Shown: positions 1 to 9,473 of the stretch, one piece after another | Numbering within the stretch: position 1 is the first letter of the stretch | Layout: each line of letters opens with the position of its first letter | From: Armatimonadota bacterium | GTDB taxonomy: Bacteria > Sysuimicrobiota > Sysuimicrobiia > Sysuimicrobiales > Humicultoraceae | Assembly (NCBI GenBank): GCA_052386995.1 | Contig: JBQTJP010000213.1 | Span: 1 to 58,534 of the forward strand | Length of the DNA: 58,534 nucleotides | Direction of reading: 5' to 3' | Position numbers and translations under genes: made by a program | The notes under the pieces: generated by a model | What the model was told of the DNA's origin: nothing | Seen by the model: only the letters and a program-made list of their open reading frames with translations | Database searches by the model: none

Positions 1-248
1 GTTGCCGAGTCCCACTGGAGCGATACGGTTGCTTCGCGGTCGATGCGCACGACCTTGACCGTCCCGCTTCCCAGCGTGTTCTCGGCGAGCGACTTGATGA
101 CTTCGAGGAGGGTGGCCCCCACGGCCCTGCTCTGCGCTAGTGCGCCTATGATGAGCACGAGTGCCAGGAGCGCCGCCACCCCCCTCGCCAGCCGCCGGAA
201 GAATCCGACGGCCGGAAACTGGCGATGCCAGATAGAAAAGTCCCGCAT
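1..248 (-). CDS. Hypothetical exported/membrane-anchored protein, partial (runs off the window)
   Basis: Read manually: ATG at 248 preceded by GGAGGG; translates MRDFSIWHRQFPAVGFFRRLARGVAALLALVLIIGALAQSRA... (basic + hydrophobic signal-like stretch), open to position 1. Confidence 0.6.
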   Translation of the reverse strand, partial: MRDFSIWHRQFPAVGFFRRLARGVAALLALVLIIGALAQSRAVGATLLEVIKSLAENTLGSGTVKVVRIDREATVSLQWDSA

Positions 249-330
249 GGTCGTCCCTCCGCGTTCGTGTGACTGATCCAACGTTACGTCCGGGGCTCAC
301 TGGCGGCGATTGCGCCGTTAACCCGCATCC

Positions 331-346
331 TGTGACATACGTCACA
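331..346. promoter_or_regulatory. CRP/FNR-family-type operator TGTGA-N6-TCACA
   Basis: tgtgacatacgtcaca is a perfect CRP consensus in a divergent intergenic region. Confidence 0.6.
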
Positions 347-387
347 CCCTGGCATCGGCACGCACCCAGGGGTGGACATTAAATGTA

Positions 388-2445
388 GTGGATTTGGAAG
401 AGGGCAGGCGCCGGCGGTTCGTCCGACGAAGCCCTCTCGAAACAGCGAAGGAGGCGCCTACGGTTCGGACAGCAATCCGTCACGTGGCAATCGCGCTCGC
501 GACCCTGCTGGGTGCGTCCGTCCTTGCGTTCGGCGTGCTGCACCTGGCGCCAATGGACCCGGCGCGGTACTTCGTGCAGTTCCGCTTTCAGCAGACGCGG
601 CCCGGTGTGCGGGAAGAGCAGATTCGCGCACTGGCGGACTGGTACGGCCTGCAGGATCCCATCCTCGTGCAGTACGGGCGATGGTTGGCGCGCGCGGTCA
701 CGGGAAACTTCGGACGCTCACTGACCACCGGCCGGGAGGTGGGCCCGGAGCTCGGCCGTCGGCTCCCCTGGACGATCGTGCTCACGATTCCGTCGATCGC
801 CGCCGCGTGGCTGGTCGCAATCCTGCTGGCCTCCGCCACCGCCGGACGGGGCGCGCTCGGCCGCATGGCGGGCACTGTCATCACCGCGGGCACGCTCACC
901 CCGGTGTTTCTCCTGGCCAGCGTGCTTGTCTACATTTTCGCCGTGCGCCTGACGTGGATTCCAATCCTCCCGCCGTTTGAACTGAATCTGCTGGATACGT
1001 ACCTGTGGCGGGCGATGCTGTTGCCGGCGGTGAGTCTCGCGCTGCCCATCGGCGCGGTCATGGCCCGGCGCCTGTCGGCCGATCTCCGCGCCAGCCTGAA
1101 GGCGCCGCATGTCACCGCCGCCCGGGCCAGAGGCACAGGGGAGCGGGGCGTGTTTTGGCGCCACGCGTTGCGCGCGGCGACTCGGCCACTGCTCGCGCGT
1201 CCCCTGGCCGTCCTCAGCGTGTTGTTCGGTGCGGTGCTGGTGGCCGAGGACATCTTCGGCTGGCCGGGGATCGGGCGGGTCTTCATGCGCGCGATCAGCG
1301 CGCGCGATATCACGGCCATCCAGGGCTCGCTGTTTCTCCTGGCGGCGCTGGTCCTCGCGGCGGAATGCCTCATCCGGATCCTCGGAAGTCGCCAGAGTCC
1401 GGAAGATTCCGTGGCCGCCGCTCCATCGGGGCGTGCCCCGGGTCAAGGGACGCAGATCCGTTCACCGGGACTCATGCTCCGTATCGCGATTGGGGTCGCG
1501 GGTGTGATCGTCGTAAGTGCGGTCGCGGCTCCGTTGCTGGCTCGGTTTCCGCCTGACCTCGTTCAGCTGGAGGAGATTCAGGTTGGGCCATCGCTCCGGC
1601 ACTGGATGGGCACGGACGCTTCCGGCCGAGACATGTTCAGCCGGCTGCTCTTCGCAAGCCGGGTATCGCTGGCGCTCGCCGTGCTGCCGGCTGCCGCCGC
1701 CGTCACGGCTGCCGGACTTCTGGTGGCGCTCGCGGTGTGGCGGGGGCGTGCGTGGACCGATGTCGCGACGGGTGTCACGCGGACGATTCTGGCGACGCCG
1801 GCCCTCGCGATCGCCCTCGCCGTAATCAGCATCGCGGGCCGAGCGCCGGCGCTCGTCGGGGGCGTGTTCGCCTTCTGCGGACTGGCACACGTGACCGGGC
1901 GCCTGCGCGTCTTGCTCACGTCGGCGATGCGCTGGCCGTTTGTCGACGCCGCGCGCCTCGCCGGGGCTTCGCCGATGAGAATCGGTGAGCGGCATCTCTT
2001 CCCGCACCTGGCGCGGCCGCTTCTGGCCGCGGCCGCCGGACTGGTCCCCACGTTCTTGATGCTGGAAGCCACGTTGGGGTTTTTCGGATTCAGCCTGACC
2101 CCGACGATTCCCACCTGGGGTACGTTGCTGTGGCGGGGAAGAGAGGCGCTCCACCGCGGTGACTGGTGGCTGCTCGCCTTCCCCATGCTGTTCGTCGCGG
2201 CGTCCGCGTGGGCGTCGCTGCGCATCGCCGCGGCGCTCGCCGATCCGCCGCCGCCCACATATGTGGCGGTGCGGAAGTTGGTGCTGGGCCGGGAATGGGG
2301 TGAAGCCGCGAGCGCAACCACCGTGTCGCGAACGGCAGAGGGGAGTGCTCTTCCGGGGAGGGCGCGGACCGGCGCGGCTCCTACGTCTGCGGCAGCCCCG
2401 AGCGGATCGGGGAACGGCGGCAGCGGGGACGGCTCTTCACTGTAA
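388..2445 (+). CDS. Fused DppB/OppB-DppC/OppC peptide/nickel ABC transporter permease
   Basis: N-half: YGLQDPILVQYGRWL, GNFGRS, TAARARG EAA-like loop, EDIFGWPGIG. C-half: HWMGTDASGRDMFSRL, FVDAARLAGAS, PTWG. True start may be 460 (see findings). Confidence 0.85.
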   Translation: MDLEEGRRRRFVRRSPLETAKEAPTVRTAIRHVAIALATLLGASVLAFGVLHLAPMDPARYFVQFRFQQTRPGVREEQIRALADWYGLQDPILVQYGRWLARAVTGNFGRSLTTGREVGPELGRRLPWTIVLTIPSIAAAWLVAILLASATAGRGALGRMAGTVITAGTLTPVFLLASVLVYIFAVRLTWIPILPPFELNLLDTYLWRAMLLPAVSLALPIGAVMARRLSADLRASLKAPHVTAARARGTGERGVFWRHALRAATRPLLARPLAVLSVLFGAVLVAEDIFGWPGIGRVFMRAISARDITAIQGSLFLLAALVLAAECLIRILGSRQSPEDSVAAAPSGRAPGQGTQIRSPGLMLRIAIGVAGVIVVSAVAAPLLARFPPDLVQLEEIQVGPSLRHWMGTDASGRDMFSRLLFASRVSLALAVLPAAAAVTAAGLLVALAVWRGRAWTDVATGVTRTILATPALAIALAVISIAGRAPALVGGVFAFCGLAHVTGRLRVLLTSAMRWPFVDAARLAGASPMRIGERHLFPHLARPLLAAAAGLVPTFLMLEATLGFFGFSLTPTIPTWGTLLWRGREALHRGDWWLLAFPMLFVAASAWASLRIAAALADPPPPTYVAVRKLVLGREWGEAASATTVSRTAEGSALPGRARTGAAPTSAAAPSGSGNGGSGDGSSL

Positions 2446-2496
2446 GTTCACGATGTGCCCGCGCGTCCTGAAACCGGCGCGGGTGCACCCGCTGAT

Positions 2497-4398
2497 CTAG
2501 GTGACGGCGCCTTGTCCGGTCCGGGCCGCGGTCCCAAGGATGGCTTCGGCGGCTTCAGCAATGCTCTTCGCGTCGATACCGGCTTCGGCCAGTTGCTGCT
2601 CCGGCGTTGCCGACCCCGGCATGTTCCGCACGGCCAGGCGTCGGACCGAGGGAACGATCCCAGCCCCCTCCATGCTGAGATCGGTCAGCACTTCAAGCAC
2701 CGCGTCACCGAGCCCGCCCTCGGGCCAGTGGTCTTCGGCGACGACGAGATGGCCGCCGGTGGCCCGGAACGCCTCGCGCAGCGTCTGGGCATCGATGGGC
2801 TTCACTGAGTAGGCGTCGATGACCCGAGCCGCGATCCCACGCGCGGCCAGGAGGTCGGCTGCCCGCAACGATTCAATGGTCGTGACGCCTGCGCCAACGA
2901 GGGTGACCTGATCGCGTGGCGACTGGCGAAGCACTCTGCTGCCACCGATAGGAAACCGTTCGCCCGGTTGATAGATCACCGGCGTCGCCATGCGCGTGGT
3001 GCGCAGCGAGACGATGCCGGGCCGGTCGACCATCTCCCAGACGAGCTGGGCCGTTTGGTTGGCGTCGCACGGATAGAGGACCGTCGAGCCGTGGACCGCC
3101 CGCATCATCGCCAGATCTTCCAGTCCCATCTGCGACGGTCCGTCCTCGCCGATGGAGACCCCGGCGTGCGATCCGCATATCTTGATGTTGGCGCGGGAGA
3201 TGGCGGCCATCCTGATAAAGTCGTAGGCGCGGGGGAGAAACGCCGCAAACGTCGACGCAAACGGTATGTAGTCACACACTTGAAGGCCGACGGCCGCCGC
3301 GAACATCTGCTGTTCCGCGATGTACATTTCGAAGAATCGGTCTGGATAGGCGGCAGCAAACTCTTCCGCATAGGTCGAGTTGCTCACTTCGCCGTCCAAC
3401 GCCACGACGTCGCGTCGGGCGGCGCCCAGCGCACGCAGCGCGTCGCCGTAGGCTTTGCGCGTTGCCACTTTCTCACCCACGCTGTAATGAGGCAGCTGTC
3501 CGTCACCGGCGGGAGCATCGCGCCGCTCCGGGCGGAGGTCTTCGGGCAGGGCGACGCTGACCGTGCGGTTCGGTCGCCCGCCCAGCTCGGCGATGGCCCG
3601 TTCGGATTCCTCGCGCTTCAGGGCTTTCCCGTGCCATCCGTCTTTGTTCTCGATGAAAGACACACCCTTCCCTTTGACGGTGCGGGCGATGATGGCCAGC
3701 GGCTGTCCCGAGCCGCTGCCGGACGCCGCCTCCGCGTAGGCACGGTGGACGGCCTCCACGTCATGGCCGTCGATCTCGACGGTGCGCCACCCGAAGGCCT
3801 GTGCGCGGCGCGCGTATGCTCCGGTGTTCCACCCGAGCATCGTCTCACCACGTTGACCGAACCGGTTCACGTCGAGGATGGCGATCAGGTTATCCAGGCG
3901 ATAGTGGGCGGCGTGCTCAAGCGCTTCCCAGACCGCCCCTTCTGCGGTCTCGCTGTCACCATGCAGCACGTAGATCCGGTAGGGGAGCCGGTCCAGATTC
4001 TTGCCGGCCAGCGCGATACCCACGCCGATGGCCAGGCCCTGTCCCAACGAGCCGGTGGCCGCGTCGACCCACGGAAGGACCGGCGTGGGGTGGCCCTCGA
4101 GACGGCTGCCCAACTTGCGGTAGGTCAACAGTTCCTCATCCGTGATCACTCCCGCGGCCCTGTACATCGCATAGAGCAGCGGCGATGCGTGCCCTTTGGA
4201 GAAGATGAGCCGGTCGTTGTTCGGATGGTCCGGACGCGAGAAGTCATACCGGAGGTGGCGGCTCATCAGCACCGCCATTAATTCCGCCGCGGAGAGGGAG
4301 GAGGTTGGGTGGCCCGATCCCGCCTCCGTGCTGCAGCGTATCGCGTCGACGCGGAGCTGCTGAGCGAGCTCGCGCGCCTGATCTTTCCAGTCGCTCAC
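2497..4398 (-). CDS. tkt: Transketolase (single-chain, animal/TKT-like type)
   Basis: [26 protein letters not shown], ThDP motif GDSETAEG...[13 protein letters not shown]. Confidence 0.92.
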   Translation of the reverse strand: MSDWKDQARELAQQLRVDAIRCSTEAGSGHPTSSLSAAELMAVLMSRHLRYDFSRPDHPNNDRLIFSKGHASPLLYAMYRAAGVITDEELLTYRKLGSRLEGHPTPVLPWVDAATGSLGQGLAIGVGIALAGKNLDRLPYRIYVLHGDSETAEGAVWEALEHAAHYRLDNLIAILDVNRFGQRGETMLGWNTGAYARRAQAFGWRTVEIDGHDVEAVHRAYAEAASGSGSGQPLAIIARTVKGKGVSFIENKDGWHGKALKREESERAIAELGGRPNRTVSVALPEDLRPERRDAPAGDGQLPHYSVGEKVATRKAYGDALRALGAARRDVVALDGEVSNSTYAEEFAAAYPDRFFEMYIAEQQMFAAAVGLQVCDYIPFASTFAAFLPRAYDFIRMAAISRANIKICGSHAGVSIGEDGPSQMGLEDLAMMRAVHGSTVLYPCDANQTAQLVWEMVDRPGIVSLRTTRMATPVIYQPGERFPIGGSRVLRQSPRDQVTLVGAGVTTIESLRAADLLAARGIAARVIDAYSVKPIDAQTLREAFRATGGHLVVAEDHWPEGGLGDAVLEVLTDLSMEGAGIVPSVRRLAVRNMPGSATPEQQLAEAGIDAKSIAEAAEAILGTAARTGQGAVT

Positions 4399-4578
4399 GA
4401 TCTGTCTCCCAAAGATCTGCCCGTCATCGGCCGGGAATCGAGGATGCTGGACAGTTCTGGCCCGCAGGGGGCGCTCCTCCCCGCGTCGACTGGGCTCCTA
4501 CGAAGGATCTTTCCCCAGCGGAGGCTCCCCGATAAAGAAACAGGTACACGCGCCATTGTGGCGTATCCGTATGCGAGG

Positions 4579-5547
4579 ATGAAGGCTATCCGCGTTCATG
4601 CCCCAGGGGGCCCGGAGGTCCTGCAGTACGAGGACGCTCCCATGCCCGAGCCGCAGGCGGGTCAGGCGCTCGTCCGCGTTGAGGCGATCGGGGTGAACTT
4701 CATCGACATCTATCATCGCAGCGGGCAGTACAAACTCTCGCTGCCCTTCATCCCCGGCCGCGAAGGTGCCGGGACCGTGACGGCCGTCGCCCCCGGCGTC
4801 ACCGAAGTGGCCGTGGGCGACCGGGTTGCCTGGGCCGAGGTTGCGGGATCCTATAGCGAGGTGGTAGCGGCGCCCGCGGCGCGCCTGGTGAAAGTGCCCT
4901 CGGGGGGAAGCGCAGAGTCCGCGGCCGCTGCGATGCTCCAGGGGATGACCGCGCACTATCTGGTGCACAGCACGTATCCGCTTCGCTCCGGCCAGACCGC
5001 ACTAGTCCACGCGGCCGCCGGTGGCGTGGGCCTGCTCCTGACCCAGATGGCGAAGCGCATCGGCGCCCGGGTGATCGGGACGGTCTCGACCGAGGCCAAG
5101 GCCCGTCTCGCGCGCGATGCCGGTGCCGGTGAAGTGATCCTCTACACTCAGCAGGATTTCGAGGCGGAGACGAAGCGCCTGACCGACGGCCGCGGGGTGC
5201 AGGTCGTGTATGACTCCGTCGGCAAGACGACGTTCGAGAAGAGCCTCAACGTGCTCGCGCCGCGCGGCTACCTCGTGCTCTTCGGGCAGTCCAGCGGGGC
5301 CGCCGCGCCTGTGGATCCGCAGATCCTGAACGCGAAAGGCTCGTTGTTCCTCACCCGCCCGACGCTCGGCCACTACACCGCAACGCGCGATGAGTTGCAA
5401 CAGCGCGCGGGCGACGTCTTCAAATGGATGCAATCGGGCGAGCTGCGCGTGCGCATCGACCGCCGGTTCCCGCTGGCGCAGGCCGCCGAGGTGCACCGGG
5501 CGCTCGAAAGCCGGCAGACGACGGGCAAAGTGTTGCTGATTCCATAG
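4579..5547 (+). CDS. qor: NADPH:quinone oxidoreductase (zeta-crystallin/Qor family MDR)
   Basis: [51 protein letters not shown]. Confidence 0.9.
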   Translation: MKAIRVHAPGGPEVLQYEDAPMPEPQAGQALVRVEAIGVNFIDIYHRSGQYKLSLPFIPGREGAGTVTAVAPGVTEVAVGDRVAWAEVAGSYSEVVAAPAARLVKVPSGGSAESAAAAMLQGMTAHYLVHSTYPLRSGQTALVHAAAGGVGLLLTQMAKRIGARVIGTVSTEAKARLARDAGAGEVILYTQQDFEAETKRLTDGRGVQVVYDSVGKTTFEKSLNVLAPRGYLVLFGQSSGAAAPVDPQILNAKGSLFLTRPTLGHYTATRDELQQRAGDVFKWMQSGELRVRIDRRFPLAQAAEVHRALESRQTTGKVLLIP

Positions 5548-5602
5548 GTGTGCACAGCCGTCGGGTCCATCACCGGCGCGGTTTGCGCTCACGAAACCCG
5601 AA

Positions 5603-5611
5603 TGCTACGAT
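5603..5611 (+). promoter_or_regulatory. Putative extended -10 promoter (TGnTACGAT)
   Basis: tgctacgat about 30 nt upstream of the Rieske gene. Confidence 0.4.
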
Positions 5612-5643
5612 GAGAGCACGCCGGATTCTGCAGGGAGAGCAAA

Positions 5644-5952
5644 ATGCCCTCGTTCAAAGCAGCAAAAGTGTCCGATGTACCGGAAGGCGGCGCCAAGGCT
5701 GTTGACGTCGGCGGGGTGGCCGTCGCGCTTTTCCACCGTCCGGATGGCTGGTACGCCATCGAGCACACGTGTCCCCACCGCGGCGGGCCGTTGGCCGAGG
5801 GCGAGGTTGAGGATCACATGGTCACCTGTCCCTGGCACGGCTCGCAGTTCGACGTCCGTACTGGCGCGTTGATCAGCCCGCCGGCGACGCGCCCGGTCCG
5901 AGCGTTTCCTGTCAAGATTGAAGGGGAGGACGTCACGATCGATGTGACGTAG
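5644..5952 (+). CDS. Soluble Rieske [2Fe-2S] ferredoxin
   Basis: CPH...CPWH ligand motifs, 102 aa, no signal or TM segment; RBS GGGAG. Confidence 0.9.
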   Translation: MPSFKAAKVSDVPEGGAKAVDVGGVAVALFHRPDGWYAIEHTCPHRGGPLAEGEVEDHMVTCPWHGSQFDVRTGALISPPATRPVRAFPVKIEGEDVTIDVT

Positions 5953-5979
5953 TCCCCGGGACTCTCCCAGGAGGCATTG

Positions 5980-6555
<576 letters not shown>

Positions 6556-6575
6556 CGGGTTTACTGGGAGCCTGC

Positions 6576-7679
6576 GTGCCGCTTCGAACCGAAGAGCTGA
6601 TGCTCAACATGGGCCCGCAGCACCCGAGTACGCATGGGGTGCTGCGCCTCGTCGTGACCCTCGATGGCGAGAACATCGTGGAAGTGCAGCCGGACATCGG
6701 CTACCTGCACTCATCCGTCGAGAAGATGATGGAGTACCGTACATATTTACAAAATGTCGCCTTGACCGACCGCGGCATGGACTACCTCACCGCGATGGCG
6801 AACGAGGAGGGCTACCTGCTCGCCGTTGAGCGCTTGGGGCACATCGAGGTGCCGCCGCGCGCGAAGTGGCTGCGCACCATCATGCTGGAGTTCCAGCGGA
6901 TGTCGAGCCATCTCGTGTGGCTGGGGACGTGGGGCATCGATCTGGGCGCGACGACAGTCTTCTTGTATTGCTTCCGCGAGCGCGAGCGCATCCTCGATCT
7001 GTTCGAGCAGGTCACGGGGGGCCGGCTGCATCACGTATACTTCAGGCCCGGCGGGGTCTACGAAGACCTGCCGGCAGGCTGGACCGACCGTGCGCTGGAG
7101 TTCTGCGCCGAGTTCCCCGGCCATCTGCAGGAATACCACGACCTGCTCACCGGGAACCCGATCTTTCTGGCCCGCGTCCAGGGCGTAGGGATCCTGCCCC
7201 GCGACGTGGCCATCAACATGGGCGCGTGCGGCCCGGTGGCCCGAGCCTCGGGTATTAACTTCGATGTCCGCAAGGCCTTTCCGTACGAGGCGTACGGCGA
7301 GATCGACTTCACCGTGCCGGTGTATGAAACCGGGGACTGCTTCGCCCGGTACATGGTGCGCATGGACGAGATGCGGCAGAGCGCGCGGATCATCGAACAC
7401 GCGATCAAGCGGCTGCCGCCCGGGGAGATTCGCAGTAAGGTCCAGGTCACCGTGAAACTGCCGCGCGGAGAGGCCTACTGTCGCACCGAGTCCCCCCGTG
7501 GCGACCTTGGCGTGTTCCTGGTCAGCGACGGCAAAGACATGCCCTACCGCGTGAAGATCCGGGCGCCGTCATTTTCGAACCTGTACGCGCTCACCGAGAT
7601 GATGCGGGGGTGGAAGGTGGCCGACGTGATCGCGATCCTGGGCAGCGTGGACATCGTCCTGTCGGACGTCGATCGGTAG
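6576..7679 (+). CDS. nuoD: NADH-quinone oxidoreductase subunit D (short form)
   Basis: NMGPQHPSTHGVLRL, GYLH, ESPRG, ends DIVLSDVDR; no NiFe CxxC motifs. Confidence 0.93.
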   Translation: MPLRTEELMLNMGPQHPSTHGVLRLVVTLDGENIVEVQPDIGYLHSSVEKMMEYRTYLQNVALTDRGMDYLTAMANEEGYLLAVERLGHIEVPPRAKWLRTIMLEFQRMSSHLVWLGTWGIDLGATTVFLYCFRERERILDLFEQVTGGRLHHVYFRPGGVYEDLPAGWTDRALEFCAEFPGHLQEYHDLLTGNPIFLARVQGVGILPRDVAINMGACGPVARASGINFDVRKAFPYEAYGEIDFTVPVYETGDCFARYMVRMDEMRQSARIIEHAIKRLPPGEIRSKVQVTVKLPRGEAYCRTESPRGDLGVFLVSDGKDMPYRVKIRAPSFSNLYALTEMMRGWKVADVIAILGSVDIVLSDVDR

Positions 7680-7688
7680 GAGGCACTG

Positions 7689-8168
7689 ATGGCGGATCTG
7701 GCAACACGCGCGTGGGATGCGGTTGTGGGACTGGCCACCGGACTCCGGGTCACGATCAAGGCGATGGTGGATCGAAAGAACACGGTCAAGTACCCCATCG
7801 AGAAGCTCAACGTGTCACCCCGGTGGCACGGGCTGCTGGCACTGCCGGTCGATCCGACGATCGGCAACGATCTGTGCATCATCTGTTTCCAGTGCGAGCG
7901 CGTCTGCCCCAGCCGCTGCATCCACATCGAGGCCACGGGTCGGGCCAAGGACCGCATTCTGACCCGTTTCGACATCGAAATGGACAAGTGCCAGTACTGC
8001 GGATTGTGCGTGGAAGTCTGCCCAACCGAGGCGATCGTCTTCATCCCGCATTACGAGGCCAGCACGTTCAACCGCGGAAATTTATTGTATGATCTCGACG
8101 ACTTGCATCGTGCTGCGCCGAAGGAGCCGATCGCCCACGGCGTCGTGGGGATCAAAGGCGCCAGGTGA
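7689..8168 (+). CDS. nuoI: NADH-quinone oxidoreductase subunit I (2x[4Fe-4S])
   Basis: CIICFQCERVCP and CQYCGLCVEVCPTEAI; TVKYP motif. Confidence 0.9.
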   Translation: MADLATRAWDAVVGLATGLRVTIKAMVDRKNTVKYPIEKLNVSPRWHGLLALPVDPTIGNDLCIICFQCERVCPSRCIHIEATGRAKDRILTRFDIEMDKCQYCGLCVEVCPTEAIVFIPHYEASTFNRGNLLYDLDDLHRAAPKEPIAHGVVGIKGAR

Positions 8169-8830
8169 GCTGGGACCTCGTCGAAGCCCTCCACAAGCGC
8201 TTCCCCGACGTGGAGCCGTTTCCGCGCTCGGAGGCGCACCCCGCGCCGGCGCAAGAGCCGCCGGTACCCGCGGCCGAGGCTGACGACGCCACCGCCGGAG
8301 AAGAGCAGGCGCCGCCACAGACTGCCGCGCCGGCCCGGCCGGCGGGACGTGCCCATGCCGACCCGAAGGCATACACGCACCACGTGTCGGGTGCCACGGT
8401 ACCCGCGGGCCGGTTGCTCGAGATCTGCCGCGTCCTGCGTGATGAGGCGCCGTTCAATCTCGACTACTGCTCGTTCGTCAGCGCGATCGACTATCCGGCC
8501 GACGGCGCCATCGATGTTCTCTACCATCTGTTCTCGATGACGGCACGGCACGAAATGCTGCTGAAAGTGAGGGTCCCTCGCGACGTGCCAAGCATTCCCA
8601 GCGTCACCGGCATCTGGAGGGGCGCGAACTGGCACGAGCGCGAGACCTATGACCTGCTCGGTGTCGTCTTTGACGGCCATCCGGACCTGCGGCGGATCAT
8701 GATGACCGAGGACTGGTCCGGTCATCCGCTGCGCAAGGATTACGTATTCGAGGAGCCGCCCTGGCTCGTCGATCTCGTCACGCAGCGCCAGCGCGAAATT
8801 GAGGGTCTGGGCCTCGGTGAGCGGGCGTGA
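8165..8830 (+). CDS. nuoC: NADH-quinone oxidoreductase subunit C
   Basis: ANWHERETYDLLGVVFDGHPDLRRI, GHPLRKDY; GTGA overlap with nuoI. Confidence 0.9.
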   Translation: MSWDLVEALHKRFPDVEPFPRSEAHPAPAQEPPVPAAEADDATAGEEQAPPQTAAPARPAGRAHADPKAYTHHVSGATVPAGRLLEICRVLRDEAPFNLDYCSFVSAIDYPADGAIDVLYHLFSMTARHEMLLKVRVPRDVPSIPSVTGIWRGANWHERETYDLLGVVFDGHPDLRRIMMTEDWSGHPLRKDYVFEEPPWLVDLVTQRQREIEGLGLGERA

Positions 8831-8894
8831 GCAGCGGCCCGGTCATGTTGACGCAATCTTTACGAAGCGCTGATACGTTACACTAGTAGGGAAC

Positions 8895-9458
8895 ATGATG
8901 CGGCGCTGGCTGTCGTGGCACGGCTTGGTGGCCGGTCTCTCTGCCGGCGCGGCGCTGGCATTCGTCCTGGCCGCCGGATGGTTGACCGACGGTATGCCCA
9001 TCGTCGCCGCCGCGCTCTCCGAGCAGGCGCGCGCGCTGCTGCCGCTGCGAGTGCTCGGCTGGTTCATCGTCACCTTCAAGTTTGACGCGAAGCCGCTGGG
9101 GTATTGGATCACCATGGGCACGATCGTCGTGGTGTGTGCGATCGCCGGGAGCCTGTTTGGGGCACGGCGGCCGCGCCTGTGGGGAGCGGTGCTCCCGGCG
9201 GCGGGCTTCATCGCCGGCGCGCTCGCGCTGATCGCGGCACGCCCCGCGATGGGGTATCTTGCGGCGCGCCTGGGAGCCGAAGGGGTGGCCAATGCCGAGG
9301 CACAGGCCCTCACGACGGTCGCGCTGGCAATCGCGGGATATGCGGTCGTGACGGGCGGCATCTACGCGGGTGTCCTTGGCCTGCTCACGCTTGGCCGCGC
9401 CACAGCGCGCGAGGGGACCGCAGCGGCCGGCCTCGGCTATCGCGGTCGAAGTCGTTAG
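8895..9458 (+). CDS. Membrane protein, probable partner of the downstream molybdoenzyme
   Basis: About four hydrophobic segments; FKFDAK resembles the N-terminal membrane region of fused sulfite-oxidase-like proteins. Confidence 0.6.
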   Translation: MMRRWLSWHGLVAGLSAGAALAFVLAAGWLTDGMPIVAAALSEQARALLPLRVLGWFIVTFKFDAKPLGYWITMGTIVVVCAIAGSLFGARRPRLWGAVLPAAGFIAGALALIAARPAMGYLAARLGAEGVANAEAQALTTVALAIAGYAVVTGGIYAGVLGLLTLGRATAREGTAAAGLGYRGRSR

Positions 9459-9473
9459 TGGAGGTGTGAGGTC

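Noticed and set aside
2497-4398. dxs
   Set aside because: Motifs are transketolase-type (GHPTSS, GEDGPSQ), not the DXS GGHLGSNLG / DVGHQ pattern
4399-4578. TPP riboswitch upstream of transketolase
   Set aside because: Lacks the CTGAGA and CCTGAT...GCGNAGGGA core motifs on either strand
6576-7679. Group 4 [NiFe]-hydrogenase large subunit
   Set aside because: Both CxxC nickel motifs are absent (RGMDY and DIVLSDVDR instead) and there are no hyp genes
9456-9458. Pyrrolysine decoding of the in-frame TAG
   Set aside because: No pyl genes in the window and the downstream gene has its own strong RBS and Tat signal
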